DNA of 63,685 nucleotides, the filler included, from Actinomycetota bacterium (GTDB lineage Bacteria > Actinomycetota > Actinomycetes > JAKEEW01), in assembly GCA_046725875.1 (NCBI GenBank). It is 6 parts of 6 records of this genome, joined end to end, with 100 filler letters (N's around TTAATTAATTAA, not from the genome) between each part and the next. Parts side by side here need not be neighbours in the genome. Positions count along the whole stretch, not along the records: positions 35,820 to 47,851 come from JBKOZJ010000040.1; positions 47,952 to 59,957 come from JBKOZJ010000041.1; 4 more parts are not named here. One strand, 5' to 3'. Below, piece after piece: positions 41,222 through 51,184 of this stretch (position 1 is the stretch's first letter; each line of letters opens with the position of its first letter). Position numbers and translations under genes: made by a program. The notes beneath the pieces were generated by a model. It saw nothing but the letters and a program-made list of their open reading frames with translations. It was not told the DNA's origin and ran no database searches.

Positions 41222-41440
41222 CGAGCGGTACGCAGCAACCGGATTGAGGCCGACCACGCGCAGCTGAAACGACGGCTACGCGCGATGCGCGGGGTCAAAA
41301 CCATGACCGGGCTGCGGGTAATCGCCACCGGGCACGCGTTCGTCCAGAACCTACGCCGCGGCCATTACGAGATCGCCGCCGACCAACCCGGCAACCTGCG
41401 ACTCGCCATCGCGTTCGGCCAACTAGCCACGGCAAATTGG
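41222..41440 (+). pseudogene. IS6 transposase C-terminal remnant
   Basis: NRIEADHAQLKRRLRAMRGVKTMTGLRVIATGHAFVQNLRRGHYEI. Confidence 0.85.
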
Positions 41441-41759
41441 GCCTCGACGGGTGGGCCGATGGGTTCTGGCCGTGACATCATGACCGGAAGGTCTCGGACG
41501 CCTTTGCCACCGGATTCATCGCCGCCGACATTGCCGCTGATCAAGAATCTGTGCGAACCCTGATGGCGAACGCCTACCCGAAGGCTGGGACGCTCGCGGA
41601 CGTATCCGATGGACCGTGGCAGGATGCTCTCCACGAGCATGGAGAACGCCACGCAGAGAGAATCAGGTGCGACCGGGCGACGACCCCGTGAGCGGGCTTC
41701 CTCGCTAGCCGGCTCGCGTGGAACACTCCTAGCTGCATGTGATCAGAAAGGGGGCCCGG

Positions 41760-42242
41760 ATGGCACGCGGTGAGGACGGACTGGGGCCGGCGCGCCCGAT
41801 CGAGGCCGTGCCGCCTCCGGAAGAAGAGGATCCGACCTGGGACCGGCTGGAGGACCAGATCGGCTGGTACGACCGCAAGAGCAGCGACAGCCAGCGCCGG
41901 TACAAGTGGCTCAAGCTGCTCGAGCTCGCTATCGCGGCGTCGCTGCCGGTCGTGGCCGGCAGCGACAGCTCAGTCTGGGTGACCGGTGGCCTGGCCGCCA
42001 TGATCGTCGTCCTGGAGGGGACCCAGCACCTCTACCAGTTCCAGGAGCACTGGATCACCTATCGCTCCACCGCCGAGGCGCTCAAGCACGAGCGGTTCCT
42101 CTACCTGGCCGGCGCCGGACCGTACCTGGGTGCAGATCGGCACAGCCAGTTGGCGGAGCGAATCGAAGGCCTGATCTCTCAAGAACACGCCAAGTGGACA
42201 GCAAGCCATGCAGAGGGCCGCGCCCGGGCGCAGGATCGATAG
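41760..42242 (+). CDS. DUF4231 / SLATT-family two-TM protein
   Basis: RLEDQIGWYDRKS...Y..LK, two TM segments, QFQEHWITYRSTAEALKHERFLYL..AGPY..ERIEGLISQE..W. Confidence 0.88.
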   Translation: MARGEDGLGPARPIEAVPPPEEEDPTWDRLEDQIGWYDRKSSDSQRRYKWLKLLELAIAASLPVVAGSDSSVWVTGGLAAMIVVLEGTQHLYQFQEHWITYRSTAEALKHERFLYLAGAGPYLGADRHSQLAERIEGLISQEHAKWTASHAEGRARAQDR

Positions 42243-42409
42243 TCGGCCGAGAGCAGTGACGCTCGCGATTTGCGGTCGATACCGAGTCCGGGCACCGCAG
42301 GCCACGGTGGGGAAGCCTGAAGGGTTCAGAAACGCGAAGTGCCTGCTGGACGTGAGTCTGCGCTGCAGGGATCGGGCCGAGGATCGGCATGACGCGCAGG
42401 GCCAGACAC

Positions 42410-43420
42410 AGACCAACGTGACCGTCGCCGGCCGCTGGGTCTACTTGTATCGGGCGGTCGACGGGTTCGGGCAGGTGATCGACGTGTACGCCTCCACCCG
42501 CCGCGACGGCAAGGCCGCGCGCCGGTTCTTCCAGCCGGCGAGGACTCGGAAGCGGCGGCTTTCGTCATGCTGCACGACCGGCACCCGTCACCGTGACGGT
42601 CGTGGTGAGTGAGAGTGGCGCGAAGGATGAGCCGGAGCCGGGCACGCTGACTCTCGGTGGGTCTGTTGCATTGAGCGAGGCCGGTGCTTCGGCATGCTGG
42701 TGCCGCATGCGGCTGACTCGGCGGCTCGCCGAACGTGGCATCGGCGTCGACCACGTCACAGTGCACCGCTGCGTGCAGCGGTTTGCGCCGCTGCTGGCCG
42801 ACGCAGCCCGGTTCGGCCGGCACCGGGTCGGCGACCGCTGGCACGTCGATGAGACCAATGTCAAGGTCGCCGGCCGGTTGATCTACCTGTACCGCGCGGT
42901 CGACCAATACGGGCAGGGGCTCTGTTGCATTGACCGAGGCAAGGTAGTTCGGCACGGTCGACCAGTTCGGGCAGGTCATCGACGTGTATGCCTCCGCGCG
43001 CCGGGACGGCGAGGCCGCGCGTCGGTTCTTCCAGCGCGCCAGGAACGCCACCGGTGTGGTGCCGGTGGAGGTCGTCACCGACCGGGCGCCCACTTACCCT
43101 CGAGTCCGATGAGACCTGGCCGGCGGTCTGGGCACCACATCGAGCGATATGCGAACAACCGGGTCGAAGCCGATCACGCCCACCTGAAGCGGCGACTACG
43201 CCCGATGCGCGGGATCAAGACCATGACCGGACTACGGGTCCTCGCCGCAGGTCACGCGTTCGTTCAGAACCTCCGCCGCGGACATTACGAGATCGCCACA
43301 GACGAGCCAGGCACCCGCCGACTCGCTGTCGCGTTCGCCCAACTGGCCAAGGTCGTCTGACCGAAGCTCGGACAACCCCGCTCCTCGGCATGCTCGGCTA
43401 TCGAATAATGCAACAGACCC
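42410..43420 (+). mobile_element. nested, degraded IS6-family copies
   Basis: The motif VAGRWVYLYRAVD..GQVIDVY occurs in several pieces; IR copies at 42659, 42918 and inverted at 43407-43420; C-terminus RYANNRVEADHAHLKRRLRPMRG...AKVV*. Confidence 0.88.
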
Positions 43421-44052
43421 AGTGCGAACCCGAACTCGACCCGGACCGGCCCAGCCGCAGCGAATTCCAGAGGATTGACATCGCCGTCGCAACGCACGTA
43501 GAAGGCATCGGCCGCACTCTCGCCGACAAATCCGCTCTTTCGCCAGAGAATGTCGAGCGCAATTTCGACGCTACTTTGAGGCGGGTCCAGACTCTCGTGC
43601 TGCTCCGCTCGAGGGCGTGTGGGGTTCTAGAGGTCGGGCTTGCCGTGACCTGCGGCGATTTGCCACGGCCGAGGCACAGACGCAGGTCGGGCAAAGAACC
43701 TCGCCGCCCAGGTCCGCGGCGAGCCCCCGGGAAAGCACAGCGAGTTCGGACAGATCCCGCTACATGCGTCCTCGACGCTGGGAACAACGGCGTGATGATC
43801 CTCGCGGACAAGATGCTCCCACCCGCAGGGCCGCCGCGCTCATCCCCGGCCTTCAGTCCCACGCCGCTGTTCGAGAGGTAGTTCTTCTGGACGCCCTGAA
43901 ACGGCTACGTTCGCCTACCCTGACCTGGCCAAGACCCAGTCGGCGTCCCGCCTGTCGGGTGCGAAACCCTGTGATCGGGCCCGCCCTGGGCGTTCATGCG
44001 GCGACAAGTTGATGAGCCGCTTTCTTGGTTCTCCAGGGAACGTCGCACCGTT

Positions 44053-44361
44053 TTATACGGATAGCACGTTGAGATGCGCGAGAAACTCGTCATTGACCTC
44101 GGCCTCCCAGCTACGGCGGTTGACAAGGCGCAACAGAGTTTGCCCTGGCCGTAGGGCCTGGAGGGTGAGAACCCGCATGCCTGGCGCGCCGCGGGGACTG
44201 GTCGCGCCCTCGTAGCTGTCGCTAACCTGCCGCAGTGCGGCAGGATCGATCTCCGCGTGCCAGCGGTGTCCGGTCGTCGGATTCTCGGGTAGCCGGATAT
44301 TGACCGTGTCGCCTACGCGGATGGTCACCTGGGCGCCCGAGTCCGCTTTCCCTAGCTGCAT
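44053..44361 (-). CDS. chagasin-like cysteine protease inhibitor (I42 family)
   Basis: GGAGGTGA RBS; IRLPENPTTGHRW, GAPG, RRSWE (the three inhibitory loops NPTTGY / GxGG / RPW, in variant form); no signal peptide. Confidence 0.88.
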   Translation of the reverse strand: MQLGKADSGAQVTIRVGDTVNIRLPENPTTGHRWHAEIDPAALRQVSDSYEGATSPRGAPGMRVLTLQALRPGQTLLRLVNRRSWEAEVNDEFLAHLNVLSV

Positions 44362-44538
44362 GACTCACCTCCGTTGCCGGCCTGTGGCTGGCTTTGGTGA
44401 CTCGTCGTCTCCGTTCAGGAATGCTCGCAGAGGCGTCGCAACGTGACTACGATCCGCTGCAGATAGTGATCAATCAACCATGACTGATCATGAAGCCGTG
44501 TGGACGATTTCCGCGAGGCACTGGAAGGGGGCTGGATC

Positions 44539-45309
44539 ATGGCCGGAGGTTTGCTCGACAGCGGCTTCCTCTACCGCAAATTTGAGGAGGTCGTGCACGA
44601 GGGTATGCGGCTGGGCCGCAACCTGTGGCTGGATGCGCGAAGTCTCGCGTTCATGGTCGAAAACGACGTCGAGGAGATGGGCAGGTCGTTGCACTCGCGG
44701 GAGTGGGAACGCGTGCTGGCCATCCTCGACCAGGGCCAGCTCGGGTCGTGCACTGGCAACGCTGGCGCCGGCGCGCTCGGCACCCAGCCGCTGTACGATG
44801 AGTGCGGCCGGAACGTGCTGCCGGCACCCGACGACGCGCCCCGCGCCGAGGAGTTCGCAGTCCAGCTGTACTCGGACGCGACGAAGGTCGACGCCTATCT
44901 AGGTGAATACCCTCCCGATGACACCGGGTCATCCGGCCTCGCAATCTGCAAGGTCCTCAAGACCCGCGGGATCATCTCCCGCTACCGCTGGGCGCGCACC
45001 CCATACGGGCTCCTGAGGCTTCTTCAGAACGGGCCGGTGCTGCAAGGCATGCCGTGGCACACGGCGTTCTTCGAGCCTGACGCTGACGGCTTTATCGACT
45101 CGAACCCGTCCTGGCCATCGAGCGTTCTGGCCGGCGGCCACGAAGTAGAGGCGGTCGGCGTCGAACTGGACATGCGGGACGCGTTCAACAGCACCATCAC
45201 CTACGCGAACAGCTGGGGCACCTCCTGGGGCGACGCAGGCCGGTTCAGAATGCGGCTACGCACCTATGAGCAGCTCGACAGTGTCGATCTCAAGCAGCCC
45301 ATCGCCTGA
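44539..45309 (+). CDS. papain-like (C1 family) cysteine protease
   Basis: LDQGQLGSCTGNA (oxyanion Gln and catalytic Cys), GGHEV (His), NSWGTSWGDAG (Asn); no signal peptide evident. Confidence 0.88.
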   Translation: MAGGLLDSGFLYRKFEEVVHEGMRLGRNLWLDARSLAFMVENDVEEMGRSLHSREWERVLAILDQGQLGSCTGNAGAGALGTQPLYDECGRNVLPAPDDAPRAEEFAVQLYSDATKVDAYLGEYPPDDTGSSGLAICKVLKTRGIISRYRWARTPYGLLRLLQNGPVLQGMPWHTAFFEPDADGFIDSNPSWPSSVLAGGHEVEAVGVELDMRDAFNSTITYANSWGTSWGDAGRFRMRLRTYEQLDSVDLKQPIA

Positions 45310-45566
45310 TCCGAGCCAGAACGGGATGCCCCAGGTATGCTAGGGCACTAGCCTCGCGCAGCGGTCGCCTCGAGATGCGACATGCCTCGACGGCGACGAG
45401 CGTAACCAGCTCCGCCACTGCCTCCCGGGGACCCCCGCGCTGCCGGCAAACATACCGGTCGCCGCTTACGAGGCGCACGGTCACCTCCCACACGTACTAC
45501 GGGCCCGGTTGGCGAGACTCCTCGTCGGCGTCGGCTGGTCCACGACCTTGAGTAGCCGCTCGCTGA

Positions 45567-45596
45567 AGCCGCTGGTCACCCTGGTGACCAGCGGCT
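45567..45596. repeat. perfect 14-bp inverted repeat with 2-nt spacer
   Basis: AGCCGCTGGTCACC-CT-GGTGACCAGCGGCT. Confidence 0.8.
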
Positions 45597-46071
45597 GCCC
45601 TCACCGGTCATCGACGACACGAGAGCTCGAATGCGGCGGTATCGGCGCCGGGTGAAGGGCGAACCGGTGCTGCCCTATCGCGTCCATCATGGCCCTCCAT
45701 CGGCGCGGGACGGCAACCACAGGCATGTCACGCACGCCGGAGTTGTGCCCTCCTGTCGAACGTGTCATGGCCGTCACGAGGTGCGGAGCACGGCCGAAAC
45801 CTGGGGCTCAGGCATGCGTGCAGGCTGAAGGGTGCAACCGCGGAATCCTTCCCGGCGCTGGGCCGAGGGTCCGGGTGCGTCTGCATGAGGGCGGATGGCA
45901 CACACGGTCGGATGTGATTGCGGTCGCGGGCAGCCCGGATTCGCGCCGTGCAGTGCGAGCCTGTGGGCCGCGCGGGCAACCGGGAGTCACTCGGGTCGAC
46001 TTGGTGTAATGGGGGAAGTGGCGCTCGGGGACGGTGACCCGATGCGGTATGTGGCTTGTGCGGCACGAACC

Positions 46072-46260
46072 TCAGGCGGCCCGTCGATATTCGTGGACGA
46101 GGCCACCGAGGACGTCGACCGCTCAATTGGCGCCGCCGGGTCTCGTCCTCGCGCCGCTGGCCTGCGGCGTGCGCGTGGGTTATGTGCTGGGCGGCAGCCT
46201 GCGCAGGCTCGCCGATGCCAAGGCTCGCGGTCTGTGGCTGCCGTGGATCGCCGCCGCCCT
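46072..46260 (-). pseudogene. integrase-core IS transposase extreme C-terminal remnant
   Basis: Minus strand ends VLGGLVHEYRRAA*, same family as 40669-40996. Confidence 0.6.
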
Positions 46261-46642
46261 GCAGGTCGCGCACCTTCGTTAGGCAGGCGTCCGCCTGGAA
46301 GTCGAGGCCTGGCTCGGCGTACCGCTGATAGTCGATCTTCGGCCTGGTCGGGGTGTGGCGCCTCGCTAACCTCTCCCGCCATCCACGGGCGGTGCAAGGT
46401 GCGGTGCTCGTGATCCCCATGGGTGGAGTGATGAACGCCGCCGCCATCGCCGCCAACGGCCGCGCGCCGTCGGAGTCGGCCGTAGCGGCGTCAGACTCAG
46501 TCGTCCACGCAGATCGCGAACGCTGAGAAGTCCTCAAGCACGTGGTCGCCGACGCGAACAACGCAGCCGATCACACGGAAGTCAGTATGTCGTGCAAGGA
46601 CCCGAGCCAGTCACGGCAGGTTGCCGCCTCACCCAGAGGCCA

Positions 46643-47428
46643 TTAGAGCTCGGGCAGTTGGTTCGGAGCGCGCCAAACCAATGTGTGCAGTAGGTCGCTT
46701 CGGGGTCGTTCGACGCTGTTGTTGTGTCGGGGCTTGGCGGCGCGGCCCCAGGCGTCATCTCCGAGCCAGGGGGGAACCCCGAAGGGCAGGTCTCGTGGCG
46801 GGATGCGGGCGTAGTCCTGTTCCAGGAGTTGATCGCCGTAGTTGGGTACGGTGGCGTCGCCGTCTGGGTCAGGGGTGATGACGCCTCGCAGCTGCTCGAC
46901 GGCGGCTCGCCAGGCGGTGATGAGCGCGCTGGTGTTGCGGCTGGACGGGTGGGGCACCTTCACGATCGGTACGCCGGGCGGGTGCGGCCACAGGTCGACC
47001 GCGTGCTGGGCTTGTGCGCCGAACGCGAGGACGGCCTGCAGGCTAGGCCCGGTGATCTTGTCGAGGAGTGTGTTGCGCCACTGCTGGTGAGCGGGCTCGG
47101 CCAGCATCGGGGTGGCGTGCTGGGCTCGAGACGGCACCAAGGCGTAGGCGAAGGCGTTCACGAGCACGTAGCTGCGGGTGAGGCCGAGCTTGGCGAGGAA
47201 GCCCTGAACGCGTTGCCCGGCGTCGCCGACGAGGGTGCGGCAGGCGATGCGTTCGGTGGGGCCGGGGTCGGAGGCGATGCCGAGCAGCCGCGCGCTGCGG
47301 TCGAGGCGGCCGCGGTAGAAGACCGGGCCCCAGTCGTACCAGAACAGGTCGCGGTGGGGGGCGTAGCTGGGCAGCGCGGCGAAGTGAGCGGCCAGGGTCT
47401 TGCTGGGGCCGGGATCGAACTCGACCAT
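46643..47428 (-). CDS. uracil-DNA glycosylase superfamily protein
   Basis: CAGGAG RBS; LLGIASDPGPTE..RTLVGDAGQRV, VLVNA, VLAFG..A, VPHPSS match the UDG-fold motifs in divergent form. Confidence 0.75.
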   Translation of the reverse strand: MVEFDPGPSKTLAAHFAALPSYAPHRDLFWYDWGPVFYRGRLDRSARLLGIASDPGPTERIACRTLVGDAGQRVQGFLAKLGLTRSYVLVNAFAYALVPSRAQHATPMLAEPAHQQWRNTLLDKITGPSLQAVLAFGAQAQHAVDLWPHPPGVPIVKVPHPSSRNTSALITAWRAAVEQLRGVITPDPDGDATVPNYGDQLLEQDYARIPPRDLPFGVPPWLGDDAWGRAAKPRHNNSVERPRSDLLHTLVWRAPNQLPEL

Positions 47429-47478
47429 GCTGGTCTCCTGAGTTGTGCGGGTGCATGGTGCCACAACGTGCCCGTGGG

Positions 47479-47851
47479 TTAGGGCTGGCGGCGGAGCAGG
47501 TCCTGGCAGAAGGCGAGAAGGTCCCGGTTGCCGTCCTCGATGTCGCGGCGGGTCATGGCGTAGGGGATGCCGCCGATGCCGAGGTCTTCGATCGGGATGC
47601 CGTCGGCGCGCCCGGAGCGGATGGTGCGGCGGATGGCCACGGTGAACCCGACGCCGCCGGGCAGCGGGTCGTAGGCGTGTGCGGTGCCGGCGAGCGAGTC
47701 GCGCAGCTGGTCGCCGGTCCACACGTTGGCGCCGCCGGCGCCGGTGGCTTGCCCGACCACGACCAGCGGCCCGATCTGGTTGTCGACCCAGCCTGCCGCG
47801 AACAGGTCGCCGGAGGAGTAGGTGTTCGCGTCGACGACGGCAACCGCGGGG
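47479..47851 (-). CDS. S41-family peptidase, C-terminal part (5' end cut by contig end)
   Basis: VAVVDANTYSSGDLFAAG..DN.IG.LV.VG..TGAGGANV...PIEDLGI. Confidence 0.72.
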
Positions 47852-47951
47852 NNNNNNNNNNNNNNNNNNNNNNNNNNNNNNNNNNNNNNNNNNNNTTAAT
47901 TAATTAANNNNNNNNNNNNNNNNNNNNNNNNNNNNNNNNNNNNNNNNNNNN
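47852..47951. other. artificial contig-joining linker
   Basis: N/TTAATTAATTAA/N, 100 bp. Confidence 0.99.
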
Positions 47952-48235
47952 CCGTGAATCGCGATCGGGTGGCACAGCGGAACGAGGTCCGGAGTACGTT
48001 TCGCGGCCTGGATCCCCGCGATCCGCGCAACGGCAAGGGCGTCGCCCTTCGGTACGCCTCGGCCGCGCAGCAGCGCCACCACCTCGGATGACATGGTGAC
48101 CCGGCCGGTTGCGGTCGCGGTGCGGACCGTCACGTCCTTCCCCGAGACGTCGACCATCCGCGCGGCTCCCCGCTCGTCGACGTGGGTGAGCCGGGCGGGG
48201 TCGTCCTTGGTTGTCTCGTCGGAGCCGGCGGCCAT
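47952..48235 (-). CDS. moaC: cyclic pyranopterin monophosphate synthase, 3' truncated
   Basis: LTHVDERGAARMVDVSGK, KGDALAVARIAGIQAAKRT.DLVPLCHP. Confidence 0.96.
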
Positions 48236-48240
48236 GGCTG

Positions 48241-49476
48241 CTACGACATCCGGTCTTGCTGATCGAGGACCATGACGTCGACCTCCTCGCCGGCGGCGAC
48301 CCCGGTCACGTCCTCGTCGAGCACGATAAGTGCGTTCGCAAGCGCGAGGTTCCCGAGCAGATGGGAGCCCGACCCCCCGACCGGGCGGACCGACGGCGGC
48401 TCGCTGGACTGGTCGAGCTTGGCCCGCGCGTACTGCCGCCGGCCTGCTGGCGACGCCAGCGCCTCGGTCAACGTCGCCCGGACCACGGGCCGGTGGATCG
48501 GCTCCTGCCCGAGCAGCGTGCGAATGACCGGGCGTACGAACACCTCGAACGACACATAAGCGCTCACTGGGTTGCCCGGCAGCGTGAAGATCGGAGTCTG
48601 ATCCGGTCCGATGGTGCCGAAACCCTGCGGCATGCCCGGCTGCATCGCGACCCGCTCGAAGCTCACCGTGCCGAGCTGCGAGAGCACCTCCTTGACCACG
48701 TCATAAGCGCCGGCGCTCACCCCGCCGCTGGTCACCACGAGGTCGGCGCGGACGAGCTGGTCATCGATGGTCTCGGTAAGCAAGGCCGGGTCGTCGGTCA
48801 CGATCCCGACGCGATAGGCAATAGCGCCCGCCTCGGTTGCAGCCGCCGCTAGCGTGTGGCTGTTCGCGTCGTAGATCTGCCCGGACGCGAGCTGCCCGCC
48901 GGGGTCGACCAACTCGCTGCCGGTGGACAGGACGACCACGCGGGGGCGCGGCCGGACGAGGACGCGATCCGCGCCGATGGCGGCAAGCAGGCCGACTTGG
49001 GGAGCGCCGAGCCGGGTGCCGGCCGTGAGGATACGTTCGCCGGACCGGACGTCGTCCCCTCGGCGCCGGACGTGCTGCCCGAGCTCGGGCGCCCGGTTGA
49101 TGGTCACCTGGGCGACACCACCGTCGGTCCATTCCACCGGGACCACCGCGTCCGCACCGGCCGGCATGGCAGCGCCGGTCATGATGCGCACGCTCATGCC
49201 GGGTGCGATCATCCGAGCCTGGGTGTCTCCCGCCGGAATGTCCCCGACCACCGGTAGCACCACCGGCTTCTCGAGCGAAGCGTCCGCGACGTCGTCGTGC
49301 CGGACGGCGTAGCCGTCCATCGCGGAGTTGTCGAAGGATGGTAGATCTACGGGCGCGATGATGTCCTCGACGAGCAGACAGCCGTGGGCATCGAGGAGCT
49401 GGAGGTTGATGGCCGGCAGCGGGCCGACCGTGCCCAGGATCTTGGCGAGGTAGTCGTCGACCGAGACGAGTGTCAC
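48241..49476 (-). CDS. moeA: molybdopterin molybdotransferase
   Basis: FDNSAMDGYA, IMTGA, STGSEL, TSGGVSAG, MQPGMPQ, LPGNPVS; GTGA overlap with the galU stop. Confidence 0.96.
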   Translation of the reverse strand: MTLVSVDDYLAKILGTVGPLPAINLQLLDAHGCLLVEDIIAPVDLPSFDNSAMDGYAVRHDDVADASLEKPVVLPVVGDIPAGDTQARMIAPGMSVRIMTGAAMPAGADAVVPVEWTDGGVAQVTINRAPELGQHVRRRGDDVRSGERILTAGTRLGAPQVGLLAAIGADRVLVRPRPRVVVLSTGSELVDPGGQLASGQIYDANSHTLAAAATEAGAIAYRVGIVTDDPALLTETIDDQLVRADLVVTSGGVSAGAYDVVKEVLSQLGTVSFERVAMQPGMPQGFGTIGPDQTPIFTLPGNPVSAYVSFEVFVRPVIRTLLGQEPIHRPVVRATLTEALASPAGRRQYARAKLDQSSEPPSVRPVGGSGSHLLGNLALANALIVLDEDVTGVAAGEEVDVMVLDQQDRMS

Positions 49477-50378
49477 CGTCGGTCCATTTCCTCGGCGACG
49501 AAAGTCTTGAGCCACTGCCGGAACTCGGGTCCCAGGTCGCCGCGATCACATGCCAGGCGGACGGTGGCCCGCAGGTACTCGGCCTTGTCGCCCGTGTCGT
49601 AGCGCCTCCCACGGTAAAGGACGCCGTGCACCGGCCCGCCCCGGGACCCGTCTCGCTGGGCGAGCGCCCGCAACGCGTCGGTGATCTGGATCTCCCCTCC
49701 ATAACCAGGCGGGGTCTGAGCAAGCACCTCGAAGACCGCGGGATCGAGGACATAGCGCCCGATGACGGCTAGGTTGCTCGGCGCGTCCTGCTTCGGCTTC
49801 TCGACCAGGTCGTCGACGCGCACGACGTCAGTTTCGCCGGGCACGGCGGATACGGCGGCGCAGCCATAGAGATGGACCGTGGCCGGATCCACCTCGATCA
49901 GAGCGACCACGCTGCCGCCGTAACGCCGCTGCACCTCGATCATCCGATCGAGCAGCGAGTCCCGCGAGTCGATGATGTCGTCGCCGAGCAAGACGGCGAA
50001 CGGCTGGTGCCCGACGTGCCGCTGCCCGCACAGCACCGCGTGCCCGAGACCGCGCGGCTCGGCCTGGCGAACGTAGTGGATGGTGGCGAGCTCGGCCGGC
50101 TCGCGGATGGCGCGCAGCCGCTCCAGATCGCCCTTCGCCTCGAGCGCCGCCTCGAGCTCCGGTGCCCGGTCGAAGTGGTCCTCGAGCGCACCCTTTGCCC
50201 GCCCGGTGACGAAGAGCACGTCGGTGAGTCCGGCATCCACAGCCTCCTCGACGACGTACTGGATCGCCGGCTTGTCGACGACCGGCAGCAGCTCCTTCGG
50301 TGTCGCCTTGGTCGCGGGCAGGAAGCGGGTGCCTAGGCCTGCGACGGTTACGACGGCCTTCTCGATGTGAGGGCTCAT
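49473..50378 (-). CDS. galU: UTP--glucose-1-phosphate uridylyltransferase
   Basis: AGLGTRFLPATKATPKELLPVVDKP, VRQ.EPRGLGHAV, LVEKP, GEIQITDA, YDTGD. Confidence 0.97.
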   Translation of the reverse strand: MSPHIEKAVVTVAGLGTRFLPATKATPKELLPVVDKPAIQYVVEEAVDAGLTDVLFVTGRAKGALEDHFDRAPELEAALEAKGDLERLRAIREPAELATIHYVRQAEPRGLGHAVLCGQRHVGHQPFAVLLGDDIIDSRDSLLDRMIEVQRRYGGSVVALIEVDPATVHLYGCAAVSAVPGETDVVRVDDLVEKPKQDAPSNLAVIGRYVLDPAVFEVLAQTPPGYGGEIQITDALRALAQRDGSRGGPVHGVLYRGRRYDTGDKAEYLRATVRLACDRGDLGPEFRQWLKTFVAEEMDRR

Positions 50379-50530
50379 GTCACCGCACCTTAGCCCGTCG
50401 ACCAGGGGTCGAACGGCGCAAGTCAACTGCTGGCTGACGGGGCCAAGCTCACTTCCTCTCCGGCAGTGGGAGTGCGGACTTGATGGCGACATGATGTTCG
50501 CACACCTGCGGTCGTTGCCTTGGAGGCCGG

Positions 50531-51184
50531 ATGCGTGACCGAACCAACGACAAACCGAGCGTGCGGTCACGTTTGCTCGGTTTGCGCGCGGACCTTGCCG
50601 CCACCGAACGGGCGGCAGCTGGTCAGGCGCTTTGCCGGGTCGCGTTGGGTATCCGGGAGATCAATGCGGCGCGGATCGTATGCGCGTATGTTCCGATCGG
50701 GAGCGAGCCGGACACCCGGCCACTTCTTGCGGCGCTGCGCGATCACGCGGTGCGGGTCCTGCTCCCCGTCCTGCTCGCCGATGGCGAGCTCGCCTGGGGT
50801 GTGTACGAGGGCGAGCGATCGCTGCGGTCTGGCCCACGCGGTACGCACTCCCCCACGGGTCCGACGCTGGGTATGGACGCGATCAGATCGGCAGATGCCG
50901 TTCTCGTGCCGGGGGTGGCAGTTGACCGCGAAGGCGTCCGGCTCGGCCGTGGCGGCGGGTCATATGACCGCGCGCTGGCTCGAATCAACCGCGAGCCTCC
51001 AATCTCCGTACAAGACTCACCCCACGGGCCCACGCGCCCGTTCACTGCTGTACTCCTGTATGACGGCGAGATCCTCGACGAGCTGCCGCACGAGCCGCAT
51101 GACCAACCCGTCGATGCGGCCATAACTCCGAGCGGGATCGTCCGGTTCGCGGCTCCTCGGACTAGCTCGGCGGGGCAAGGGTGA
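50531..51184 (+). CDS. 5-formyltetrahydrofolate cyclo-ligase
   Basis: SEPDT, VLLP, VLVPGVAVDREGVRLGRGGGSYDRAL, PHEPHDQPV. Confidence 0.93.
   Translation: MRDRTNDKPSVRSRLLGLRADLAATERAAAGQALCRVALGIREINAARIVCAYVPIGSEPDTRPLLAALRDHAVRVLLPVLLADGELAWGVYEGERSLRSGPRGTHSPTGPTLGMDAIRSADAVLVPGVAVDREGVRLGRGGGSYDRALARINREPPISVQDSPHGPTRPFTAVLLYDGEILDELPHEPHDQPVDAAITPSGIVRFAAPRTSSAGQG

Noticed and set aside
17422..42242. Cyclase and TIR/SLATT as one Pycsar- or CBASS-like system
   Set aside because: Different contigs with no physical linkage, and the cyclase has the common cyclase-ATPase-TPR architecture.
43430..44040. Possible gene between the IS6 end and the inhibitor gene
   Set aside because: Only short ambiguous protein-like scraps with no RBS/start or recognisable motif.
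1034..49476. Functional clustering of xanthine dehydrogenase genes with moaC/moeA
   Set aside because: They are on different contigs; proximity in this window is an artefact.
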